From contig CAZOWR010000001.1 of NCBI GenBank assembly GCA_964583645.1, forward strand, positions 34 through 64,033: a stretch of 64,000 bases of DNA. Reading direction: 5' to 3'. The number at the start of each line of letters is the position of its first letter. Position 1 is the stretch's first letter. Of the stretch, positions 51,595-59,522 are shown piece by piece. The DNA comes from an uncultured Enterobacteriaceae bacterium (GTDB taxonomy: Bacteria; Pseudomonadota; Gammaproteobacteria; Burkholderiales; SG8-39). The position numbers were made by a program, and so were the translations under genes. Below the pieces are notes generated by a model. That model had not been told where the DNA came from, ran no database searches, and saw only the letters and a list, made by a program, of their open reading frames with translations.

Positions 51595-51925
51595 ACCGGA
51601 GAAACAGGGTCAGACCACGATTTCCACGGAAGGAAGCGTGGTCGACCCCCGTTTTTCCGCAGGCGATCGGGTCAGGGTTCGCAAGGCGTATCCCCTGGGC
51701 CACATCCGCACACCGTTCTACGTGCGCGGGCTCACCGGCGAGGTGGAGCGCCTTTGCGGCAGCTTCCCCAACCCAGAGGAACTGGCGCAGATGCGCGACG
51801 GCCTGCCGCGCCGGCCGCTGTATCGCGTGCGCTTCGTGCAGCACGACCTCTGGCCCGACTACCGTGGCAGGGACGCGGACGCGGTGGAGGTCGAGATCTT
51901 CGAGCACTGGCTGGAGCCGGCGTGA
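51587..51925 (+). CDS. nitrile hydratase beta subunit, C-terminal-half protein
   Basis: 112-aa track ORF. The conserved part is FSAGDRVRVRKAYPLGHIRTPFYVRG...PLYRVRF...LW (SH3-like beta C-domain). The start is uncertain: GTG 51587, or the in-frame GTG 51638 preceded by GGAAGGAAG. Confidence 0.7.
   Translation: MPEPEKQGQTTISTEGSVVDPRFSAGDRVRVRKAYPLGHIRTPFYVRGLTGEVERLCGSFPNPEELAQMRDGLPRRPLYRVRFVQHDLWPDYRGRDADAVEVEIFEHWLEPA
51596..51660. repeat. palindromic doublet E of the GGTCAGACC repeat family
   Basis: CCGGAGAAACAGGGTCAGACCACGATTTCC plus GGAAGCGTGGTCGACCCCCGTTTTTCCGC. Starts 2 nt after the beta-N stop codon. Confidence 0.75.
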
Positions 51926-52518
51926 AGCAGGACCCGGGACGCTACCAGCCGCTCAGCTACTTCCAGCTCATGGAGGTGAGCCTGCGCGAGCTGCTGGTCG
52001 AGAAGGGCGTGACCACCGAGGCCGAGGTACGGGCGACGCTGGAGGACGTGCGGGCGCGCACCCCGGAACGCGGCGCGAGGGTGGTGGCGCGCGCCTGGAC
52101 CGACCCGGAATTCAAGGCGCGGCTGCTCGCCGACGGGACCAAAGCCTGCCAGGAGCTCGGCCTGGACGTGCCGGCCCTCAGGCTCGTGGTGGTGGAGAAC
52201 ACGCCGCGGGTGCACAACATGATCGTGTGCACGCTGTGCTCGTGCTATCCGCGGATGCTGCTCGGCCTGCCGCCCGACTGGTACAAGTCGCGCAACTACC
52301 GCTCGCGCGCGGTGCGCGAGCCGCGCGCGGTGCTCGCGGAATTCGGGCTGCGGCTGCCGGACGAAGTGCAGGTGAGGGTGCACGACTCGAGCGCGGACAT
52401 GCGCTACCTCGTGCTGCCGATGCGACCGGCGCAGACCGCAGGCTGGAGCGAGGAGCGGCTCGCGGGCATCGTCACCCGCGACTGCATGATCGGCGTGGCG
52501 GTGCCGGCGGTGAGCTGA
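51922..52518 (+). CDS. nitrile hydratase alpha subunit (cobalt-type VCTLCSC metal site)
   Basis: Inside track ORF 51754..52518. GTG 51922 overlaps the upstream stop (GTGA). VCTLCSCYPRMLLGLPPDWYKSRNYRSRAVREPR. Confidence 0.85.
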   Translation: MKQDPGRYQPLSYFQLMEVSLRELLVEKGVTTEAEVRATLEDVRARTPERGARVVARAWTDPEFKARLLADGTKACQELGLDVPALRLVVVENTPRVHNMIVCTLCSCYPRMLLGLPPDWYKSRNYRSRAVREPRAVLAEFGLRLPDEVQVRVHDSSADMRYLVLPMRPAQTAGWSEERLAGIVTRDCMIGVAVPAVS

Positions 52519-52537
52519 GCGCGGCAAAGTCCTCGCC

Positions 52538-53236
52538 CTGAAGAAGCTCCGCACGCCCACGCTCGAGCCGCTCGGCGACGCCGCCGCCTACGCGGAGTTC
52601 GCCGCGGCATTCGACCCCGAGGTGAACGGGGCGCTGCAGTCGGCGGCCAACGTGCTGCGCCAGCACGCGCCGGACTGGCTCACCGGCGTGGTACCCGCGC
52701 TCGCCGGCATCGCGCTGCACTTCGATGCCGACCACGCCGGGCTTCCCGCCGATCCGCTCGAGGCGTGCGCGCGCCTGCTCGAGGAGGCGCTCGCCGCGGC
52801 GCACAAGGCCCCGCCGGCACCGCGCCTGGTCGAGGTACCGGTGTGCTACGATCCCCAGTTCGCGCTCGACATCGTCGAGGTCGCCACCGCCACCGGCGTC
52901 GCGCCCGAAGACGTGGCGCGCCTGCACGCGGCCACCGAGCACCGCGTCCTCATGGTCGGATTCGCTCCGGGGCAGCCGTACATCGGCGGCCTGGACGCGC
53001 GGCTGCGGCTCCCGCGCCGCGCCACCCCGCGCACGCGCGTCGTCGCGGGGTCGGTGGCGATCGCCAACGACCAGACCGCGGTGTATCCGTTCGAGATCGC
53101 GGGCGGCTGGAGCGTCATCGGGCGCACGCCGCTCGCGGTGTTCGACCCGCGGCGCGAGCCGCCCAACCTGCTCGAGGCGGGCGACCGGGTGCGCTTCGTG
53201 CCGGTGTCGCGCAGCGAGTACGAGCGCCTGAAGTGA
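52538..53236 (+). CDS. pxpB: 5-oxoprolinase subunit PxpB (KipI / allophanate hydrolase subunit 1-like)
   Basis: Track ORF 52622..53236. The conserved N-terminal strand TLEPLGDAAAYAEF lies upstream of GTG 52622 in the same open frame. The only start-like codon after the in-frame TGA 52511 is CTG 52538. FAPGQPYIGG, YPFEIAGGW. Confidence 0.65.
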   Translation: MKKLRTPTLEPLGDAAAYAEFAAAFDPEVNGALQSAANVLRQHAPDWLTGVVPALAGIALHFDADHAGLPADPLEACARLLEEALAAAHKAPPAPRLVEVPVCYDPQFALDIVEVATATGVAPEDVARLHAATEHRVLMVGFAPGQPYIGGLDARLRLPRRATPRTRVVAGSVAIANDQTAVYPFEIAGGWSVIGRTPLAVFDPRREPPNLLEAGDRVRFVPVSRSEYERLK

Positions 53237-54252
53237 GCCTCAGGATCCTCAAGCCCGGCCTGCTCAGCACGCTGCAGGACCGCGGCCGCTTCGGCCTGCA
53301 GCACCTCGGCGTCGCGCCCGGCGGGCCGATGGACCGGGTGGCGCTCGCGCTGGCCAACGCGCTCGTGGGCAACGGCGCCGAGGAAGCCGCGCTCGAGATC
53401 ACGCTGATCGGCCCGGAGATCCTCTTCGAGAAGGACGCGCTGGTGGCGCTGTGCGGAGCGGAGCTCGAGGCGCGCTCCGGGGGGGCGGCTTTCCCACGCG
53501 ATCGTCCCGTGCTGGTGCGCGCCGGGACACGGCTCTCCGCCGGCCGCGCGCGGCGCGGCAGCCGCGCCTACCTGGCGGTGGCGGGCGGATTCGCGTGCGA
53601 CCCGGTGCTCGGCAGCCGCTCGACCTGCCTGCCCGCGCGCTTCGGCGGGCTGGAGGGCCGGGCGCTGCGCGCCGGGGACCTGCTTGCTCTGGCGCCGGAG
53701 GCCCCGGCGCAGGCCGCGGAGCGCTTCGCGCGGCTCGCGGCACAGGTGCGCGTGATCGACGGCCTGGAGAGCGTGCGCTGGTCGGCGCCCTCGCTCACGC
53801 TGCCCGAGGGCGAGGACATCGTGGCGCACGCCATGGAGGGCCGGCATTTCGCGCAGTTCGAGGCGGCGTCCCGGCGCGCGTTCTTCGAGTCGCAGTGGCG
53901 CGTCGCTCCGGACTCCAACCGCATGGGATTCCGGCTCATGGGGGCCACGCTCGCACGGGGCAAGGCCGCTGAGATACTATCGGAGCCGACCTGCCTGGGC
54001 ACGGTGCAGGTGCCCGCGGGCGGCGCGCCGATCGTCCTGATGGCCGATCACCAGACGACCGGGGGCTATCCGCGCATCGCCGAGGTGGCGGGCGCGGACG
54101 TGCCGTGCCTCGCGCAGCTCGCACCGGGCGCGCGCCTGCGCTTTGCGCGCTGCTCCCTGGAGGAGGCGAGGGCGCTGGGCCGCGCGCTGCGCGCGCGGCT
54201 GGACGCGGCGCTGCGCGCCATTGCCTGGCGGTACGGATATGAAGAGCATTGA
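53233..54252 (+). CDS. pxpC: 5-oxoprolinase subunit PxpC (KipA / allophanate hydrolase subunit 2-like)
   Basis: Tail of track ORF 52765..54252. GTG 53233 overlaps the pxpB stop (GTGA). LLSTLQDRGR, SNRMGFRL, ADHQTTGGYP. Confidence 0.8.
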   Translation: MSLRILKPGLLSTLQDRGRFGLQHLGVAPGGPMDRVALALANALVGNGAEEAALEITLIGPEILFEKDALVALCGAELEARSGGAAFPRDRPVLVRAGTRLSAGRARRGSRAYLAVAGGFACDPVLGSRSTCLPARFGGLEGRALRAGDLLALAPEAPAQAAERFARLAAQVRVIDGLESVRWSAPSLTLPEGEDIVAHAMEGRHFAQFEAASRRAFFESQWRVAPDSNRMGFRLMGATLARGKAAEILSEPTCLGTVQVPAGGAPIVLMADHQTTGGYPRIAEVAGADVPCLAQLAPGARLRFARCSLEEARALGRALRARLDAALRAIAWRYGYEEH

Positions 54253-54988
54253 CCTCAATTGCGACATGGGCGAGAGCTTCGGCGCCTGGAAGATGGGCGC
54301 GGACGCCTCGGTGATGCCCTACATCAGCTCGGCGAACGTCGCCTGCGGCTTCCACGCCGGCGACCCGGCGACCATCCGCGCCACCGTGCGCCTGGCGCTC
54401 GATCACGGCGTCGCCATCGGCGCGCACCCGTCGCTGCCGGACCTGATGGGCTTCGGGCGGCGCGCGATGCGCATCTCGCCGCAGGAGATGTACGACCTCG
54501 TCGTCTACCAGGCGGGCGCGGTGGAGGCCTTCGCGCGCGCCGCGGGCGCGCGGCTGCACCACGTCAAGTGCCACGGCGCGCTCTACAACATGGCGGCGAA
54601 CGACGCGGCGCTCTCGGAGGCGATGGTGAAGGCGGCGAAGGACCTGGGCTCGATGCTCTACGTGCTGTCGAACAGCAGGAACCACGCGATTGCGAAGCGC
54701 GCCGGGGTGCCGGTGGCGGGCGAGGTGTTCGCCGACCGCGGCTACTCCGACGACGGCACGCTCGCACCGCGCGATCGACCCGGAGGCATGATCGAGGACG
54801 CGGCGGCCGCGGTGAAGCAGGCGCTCGCGATGATCGAAGAGGGCTACGTCACCAGCCTCTCGGGCAAGCGCGTGCCGGTCTCGGCCGACACCATGTGCCT
54901 GCACGGCGACCAGCCCGGCGCGGTCGCGTTCGCCAAGGCGCTGAGGCAGGCTTTCAAGGAGAAAGGAATCACCGTTGCGGCCCCCTAG
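54239..54988 (+). CDS. pxpA: 5-oxoprolinase subunit PxpA (LamB/YcsF family)
   Basis: Inside track ORF 54143..54988 from ATG 54239. IDLNCDMGESFG, ANVACGFHAGDP, KCHGALYN. Confidence 0.85.
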   Translation: MKSIDLNCDMGESFGAWKMGADASVMPYISSANVACGFHAGDPATIRATVRLALDHGVAIGAHPSLPDLMGFGRRAMRISPQEMYDLVVYQAGAVEAFARAAGARLHHVKCHGALYNMAANDAALSEAMVKAAKDLGSMLYVLSNSRNHAIAKRAGVPVAGEVFADRGYSDDGTLAPRDRPGGMIEDAAAAVKQALAMIEEGYVTSLSGKRVPVSADTMCLHGDQPGAVAFAKALRQAFKEKGITVAAP

Positions 54989-56102
54989 ACTGTTCGCGCC
55001 GATCCAGCTCGGCGGCGTCACGCTTCCCAACCGCGTCGTGGTCTCGCCGATGTGCCAGTACTCGGCCGACGACGGCTGCATGGGCGACTGGCACCTGATG
55101 CACCTCGGCAGCCTCGCCTGCTCGGGCGCCGGGCTGATGAACGTGGAGGCGACGGGGGTGACGCGCGAGGGCCGCATCTCGCACGGCTGCACCGGCCTGT
55201 ACAGCGAGCACAACGAGGCGGCGATGCGGCGCGTGCTCCAGGCCTGCCGGCGCATCACCCGCTCGCCCTTCGGCATCCAGCTCGCGCACGCCGGACGCAA
55301 GGGCTCCGTGCAACCCCCTTTCCACGGCGGCAGGCCGCTCGGGGCGGGGGAGTCGCCGTGGCAAACCGTCGCGCCTTCGCCTGTCGCCTACGACAGCGGT
55401 TGGCATACGCCTCACGAGCTATCCGCACTCGAGCTTCGCCAGCTCGTCGATGATTTCGCCGCCGCGGTGAAGCGCGCGGCGGCGATCGGGTTCGACATCG
55501 TGGAGCTGCACTCGGCGCATGGGTACTTGCTTCATGAGTTCCTGTCGCCGCTCTCGAATCGGCGCGGCGATCGCTACGGCGGGAGCCTGGAGAACCGCAT
55601 GCGCTTTCCGCTGGAAGTCGCGCGCGCGGTGCGCGATCTCTGGCCGCGCGAGCGGGGACTGGGTGCTCGCCTCTCGGCGACCGATTACGCCGAGGGCGGG
55701 TTCAACCCGGAGGAAGCGGTCGCCTACGTGCGCGAGCTGCAGCGCATCGGCTTCGACTTCGTCTGCCTCTCCGGGGGCGGACTGGTGCCGCACCAGCGGA
55801 TCAAGGTCGAGCCCGGCTACCAAGTCGAGTTCGCGGCGAAGATCAAGCAGGCGGTGCCGATCGCGGTGCGCGCCGTGGGCATGATCGTCGATCCCGTTCA
55901 GGCCGAGGAGATACTCGCGTCCGGCAAGGCCGACATGGTGGCGCTCGCGCGCGCGCTGCTCGATGACCCGCGCTGGGTGTGGCACGCCGCGGAGCGCTTC
56001 GGCGTCAAGCTCGACTACCCGCCGCAGTACGCGCGCAGCCATCCGTCGGTGTGGCCGGGGGCGGCACTGGCTCGCCCACGGGCGGAAGTCGCGGCCGAGT
56101 AG
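54975..56102 (+). CDS. Old Yellow Enzyme-family NADH:flavin oxidoreductase
   Basis: 375 aa. PNRVVVSPMCQY, QLAHAGRK, HSAHGYLLHEFLSP, RLS..D. The TTG start overlaps the pxpA 3' end. Confidence 0.85.
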   Translation: MRPPRLFAPIQLGGVTLPNRVVVSPMCQYSADDGCMGDWHLMHLGSLACSGAGLMNVEATGVTREGRISHGCTGLYSEHNEAAMRRVLQACRRITRSPFGIQLAHAGRKGSVQPPFHGGRPLGAGESPWQTVAPSPVAYDSGWHTPHELSALELRQLVDDFAAAVKRAAAIGFDIVELHSAHGYLLHEFLSPLSNRRGDRYGGSLENRMRFPLEVARAVRDLWPRERGLGARLSATDYAEGGFNPEEAVAYVRELQRIGFDFVCLSGGGLVPHQRIKVEPGYQVEFAAKIKQAVPIAVRAVGMIVDPVQAEEILASGKADMVALARALLDDPRWVWHAAERFGVKLDYPPQYARSHPSVWPGAALARPRAEVAAE

Positions 56103-56106
56103 GCGC

Positions 56107-56496
56107 CTAGGAACCCGCGACCACCACGAGCTTGGACCGGACCTGCTGCACGCCTTCGACCGAGGCGGCGGCCTCCTCGGCGCGCTTGCGCTCGGGCGCG
56201 GTGTCCACGGTGCCCCAGAGCGTGACCACGCCGTCGGTCGCCGTGACCTGGATCGCGTGGGCGTCGAGCTTGGCGGTGCCCTCGAGCTTGCGCTTGACCT
56301 TCGTGGCGAGCGCCTTGTTGGGATCGGGCTTGGGGAGCTTGCGCGCCTCGGCCCGCGGCGGGGGCGGCGGCGGGCTCGCCTTGCTCGCGACCGTGGGCTT
56401 GAGCTTCACCGCGTCGGCCTTGGGCTTCGTGTCCTGCGGCGAATCGCAGGCGGCGAGCGCCGCGGCGAGCGCGGCGAGAAGGATGGGCCTGTTCAC
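56107..56496 (-). CDS. BON-domain lipoprotein
   Basis: 129 aa. Lipobox LAAC, a Pro/Lys-rich linker, and a C-terminal BON-like block (IQVTATDGVVTLWGTV...VEGVQQVRSKL). GTG has GGAGG 6 nt upstream. Confidence 0.7.
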   Translation of the reverse strand: MNRPILLAALAAALAACDSPQDTKPKADAVKLKPTVASKASPPPPPPRAEARKLPKPDPNKALATKVKRKLEGTAKLDAHAIQVTATDGVVTLWGTVDTAPERKRAEEAAASVEGVQQVRSKLVVVAGS

Positions 56497-56532
56497 GTCG
56501 ACCTCCGGCGTCGCATGGGCGAGCCTTTGAGT

Positions 56533-57456
56533 CTACGCCTTCGGTGCCAGCGCTATGGCGGCGATGGCGAGCGCGAGCAGCGCCATGCCGGCGAGCTCGC
56601 GGCGGCTCAGGTGCTCGCGAAAGACGCGCAGTGACACCGCGGCGGCGAAGAGAAGCTCGATCAGGCCGAGCGTGCGCACGTGCGCGGCCGGCTCGATGGC
56701 GAGCGCCGTGAACCAGCCGGCCGAGGCCACGGCGCCCATGAAGCCGGCGAGCAGCGACACGCGCCAGGCCCGAAGGACCTGGCCCGCCACCGCGGGCTCG
56801 CGCCAGGCGAGCCAGCCGCCCAGGACGAGGCTCTGGACCAGCTGCGCCGCGAGCAGCGCGAAGGCGGCCGCGAGGAGAAAGCCGGTCCCGGGGAGCGCGA
56901 GCGTCGCGCCGCGGTAGCCCACCGAGGCGAGGGCGAATCCCGCGCCCGCGGCGAGCCCGAGCAGGGCAGGGCGCGTGGCGAGCCCCGCGAGCAGCGCGCG
57001 CCACGGCCGCTCGGGATCGGCGGGCGAGAGCATGAGCACGCCGAGCGTGCCGCAGGCGACCGCGAGCGAGGCCGTCAGCCCGAGCAGATCGCCGAGGAAC
57101 ACGACGCCGAGCAGCGCCACCTGGACCACCTCGGTCTTGGAGTACGCCACGCCAAGCGCAAAGTTCCGCTCTTGCATGCCGCGCAAGAGGAACGCGGTGG
57201 CCGCGATCTGGCTCAGGCCCCCGAGCAGCACCCAGCCCCAGAACGCTGCACCGGGCGAAGGCAGCGCACCGCCCGCGAAGCCGAGCACCGCAGCGAGCCA
57301 CAGCGCGGCGAAAGGCAGGCCGTAGAGGAAGCGCACCAGCGTCGCACCCAGCGTCCCGAGCTCGCCGGTGAGGCTGCGCTGCGCGGCGTTGCGCGCCGTC
57401 TGCGCCGCGGCGGCGCCGACGGTGACCGGGATCCAGAGCCAGGCCGGGGCGTCCAC
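56533..57456 (-). CDS. EamA/DMT-family transporter
   Basis: 307 aa with 10 hydrophobic segments. Confidence 0.7.
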   Translation of the reverse strand: MDAPAWLWIPVTVGAAAAQTARNAAQRSLTGELGTLGATLVRFLYGLPFAALWLAAVLGFAGGALPSPGAAFWGWVLLGGLSQIAATAFLLRGMQERNFALGVAYSKTEVVQVALLGVVFLGDLLGLTASLAVACGTLGVLMLSPADPERPWRALLAGLATRPALLGLAAGAGFALASVGYRGATLALPGTGFLLAAAFALLAAQLVQSLVLGGWLAWREPAVAGQVLRAWRVSLLAGFMGAVASAGWFTALAIEPAAHVRTLGLIELLFAAAVSLRVFREHLSRRELAGMALLALAIAAIALAPKA

Positions 57457-57462
57457 CGCGCC

Positions 57463-58602
57463 CTAGTCCAGCGTGCGCTTGTAGAAGCGCAGCCCGAGCG
57501 CGATCACGGCGAGCATGAAGGCCGCGATCGGCCATATCGCCGGCCACAGCTCGTGCAGCTGGTTGCCCTTGAGCACGATGCCCCGGACCAGCACCAGGAA
57601 GTGCGTGAGCGGCAGCGCCGCGCCCAGCCACTGCGCCCACTGCGGCATGCCGTGGAAGGGGAACATGAAGCCCGAGAGCAGCATCGAGGGCAGGAAGAAG
57701 AAGAACGTCATCTGCATCGCCTGCAGCTGGTTGCGCGCGATGGAGGAGAAGGTCATGCCGAGCGACAGGTTGGCCGCGATGAAGAGCAGCACCACGCCGT
57801 AGAGCAGCACCAGGCTGCCGCGCATCGGCACCTGGAAGATCGCCCATGCCGCCGCCAGCACCAGCGTCACCTGGATCAGCCCGATCAGGATGTAGGGGAC
57901 GATCTTGCCGGTCATCACCTCGATCGGCAGCGCGGGCGTGGCGAGCAGGTTCTCGAAGGTGCCGCGCTCGCGCTCGCGCGTCATGGCGAGGCCCGTCATC
58001 AGCACCATGGTCATGGTGAGGATCACGCCGAGCAGCCCCGGCACGATGTTGTAGGCGGTGGCGCCTTCGGGGTTGTAGCGCCGGTGCACGCGCAGCTCGA
58101 AGGGCGAGGGCCCCGTGGCGAGCTCGGCGAGCGGCCGGCGCAGCTCGCGCGCGAGCGCGCTCTGCGCGAGCTGGTTGAGGGCGGCGATGGCGTTGCCGAT
58201 GGCGCTCGGGTCGGTGGCGTCGGCCTCCACCAGCAGCACCGGCCGCTCGCCGCGCACCAGGCGCCGGCCGAAGCTCTCCGGGATCGTCACCACGAAGTGC
58301 GCCTCGCCGTGCGCGAGCAGCTCCTCGGCCTCGCGCTCCCCGGCGATCACGCGCCGCACGTCGAAGTAGCCGCTCGTCTGCAGGGCCGCGACCAGGCTGC
58401 GCGACCAGGGGCTCGCGTCGGCCGCCAGCACCGCGGTGGGCAGGTGCTTGGGGTCGGTGTTGATGGCGAAGCCGAACAGCACCAGCTGGATCACCGGGAT
58501 GCCGATGATCATGCCGAAGGTGAGCCGGTCGCGCTTGAGCTGGATGAACTCCTTGACGATGATGCCGAGCCAGCGCGAGAGCGAGAATCCCTGCCGCGTC
58601 AC
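57463..58602 (-). CDS. ABC-2-type transporter permease (YbhS/YbhR-like)
   Basis: Track ORF 57463..58674. GTG 58602 overlaps the ATPase stop (GTGA). KEFIQLKRDR, and a large periplasmic loop followed by 5 TM segments. Confidence 0.8.
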   Translation of the reverse strand: MTRQGFSLSRWLGIIVKEFIQLKRDRLTFGMIIGIPVIQLVLFGFAINTDPKHLPTAVLAADASPWSRSLVAALQTSGYFDVRRVIAGEREAEELLAHGEAHFVVTIPESFGRRLVRGERPVLLVEADATDPSAIGNAIAALNQLAQSALARELRRPLAELATGPSPFELRVHRRYNPEGATAYNIVPGLLGVILTMTMVLMTGLAMTRERERGTFENLLATPALPIEVMTGKIVPYILIGLIQVTLVLAAAWAIFQVPMRGSLVLLYGVVLLFIAANLSLGMTFSSIARNQLQAMQMTFFFFLPSMLLSGFMFPFHGMPQWAQWLGAALPLTHFLVLVRGIVLKGNQLHELWPAIWPIAAFMLAVIALGLRFYKRTLD

Positions 58603-59522
58603 TGGAACACGTCCGGCTGGTCGCGCATCAGGTCGATGAACACGTCCTCGAGGCCCGCTTCCGCGCGCGCCCACTGCAGAGACGGGTCTCGCCGGTAGGG
58701 CGCGATCGCCGCCTCGAGCGCCGCGGCGTCCTCCCCGGTCACGTGCAGCGCGTTGCCGAAGGCAGTGACCTGCGCGACGCCAGGGAGCCGCTGCAGCCTG
58801 GCCGAGAGCGCCCAGAGGTCGGGACCTTGCACCGCCCAGGTCGTCAGGCGCCGCGCGTGCTGCACCTCCTGCGGCGTTCCGGAGGCGAGCAGGCGGCCGT
58901 AGGCGATGTAGGCGAGGCGGTGGCAGCGCTCGGCCTCGTCCATGTAGTGCGTGGAGACGAGCACCGCGATGCCGGTCGCCGCGAGGCCGTGGATCTCCTC
59001 CCAGAAGTCGCGCCGCGCCTTGGGGTCCACGCCCGCGGTGGGCTCATCGAGCAGCAGCAGCCGCGGCCGGTGCAGCATGCACGCGGCGAGCGCGAGGCGC
59101 TGCTTCCAGCCGCCCGAGAGCGTGCCCGCGAGCTGCTCCCGGCGCGCCGTGAGGCCGAGCTCCGCGATCGCCCCGGCCACCGCCTCGCGGCGATCCGGCA
59201 TGCCGTACATGCGCGCCACGAACTCCAGGTTCTCGCGGATGCTCAGGTCCTCCCACAGCGAGAAGCGCTGCGTCATGTAGCCGACCTCGCGCTTGATCGC
59301 CGCGGTCTCGCGGATCACGTCGTAGCCCAGGCAGGTCCCGCGCCCCGAGTCGGGCTTGAGCAGCCCGCACAGCATGCGGATCGAGGTGGTCTTGCCGCTG
59401 CCGTTGGGGCCGAGGAAGCCGTAGATCTCGCCGCTCCTCACCTGCAGCGAGAAGTCCCTGACGACGTGCTTGTCGCCGAAGCGCTTGTTGAGCCCGCTCA
59501 CGTCGATCGCGAAATCGCTCAT
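58599..59522 (-). CDS. ABC transporter ATP-binding protein (YbhF-like, single cassette)
   Basis: Track ORF 58599..59834 from ATG 59522, which overlaps the HlyD stop (ATGA). GPNGSGKTT, LSGGWKQRLALA, LLLLDEPTAGVD. Confidence 0.9.
   Translation of the reverse strand: MSDFAIDVSGLNKRFGDKHVVRDFSLQVRSGEIYGFLGPNGSGKTTSIRMLCGLLKPDSGRGTCLGYDVIRETAAIKREVGYMTQRFSLWEDLSIRENLEFVARMYGMPDRREAVAGAIAELGLTARREQLAGTLSGGWKQRLALAACMLHRPRLLLLDEPTAGVDPKARRDFWEEIHGLAATGIAVLVSTHYMDEAERCHRLAYIAYGRLLASGTPQEVQHARRLTTWAVQGPDLWALSARLQRLPGVAQVTAFGNALHVTGEDAAALEAAIAPYRRDPSLQWARAEAGLEDVFIDLMRDQPDVFQ

Noticed and set aside
23871-51660. Whether the repeated GGTCAGACC units could be a CRISPR array or MITE copies
   Set aside because: The units are dispersed over 28 kb as singles or inverted doublets. 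They are not regularly spaced direct repeats with spacers, and there are no cas genes. I saw no terminal inverted repeats beyond the unit itself and no target-site duplications, so REP-like is the better description.
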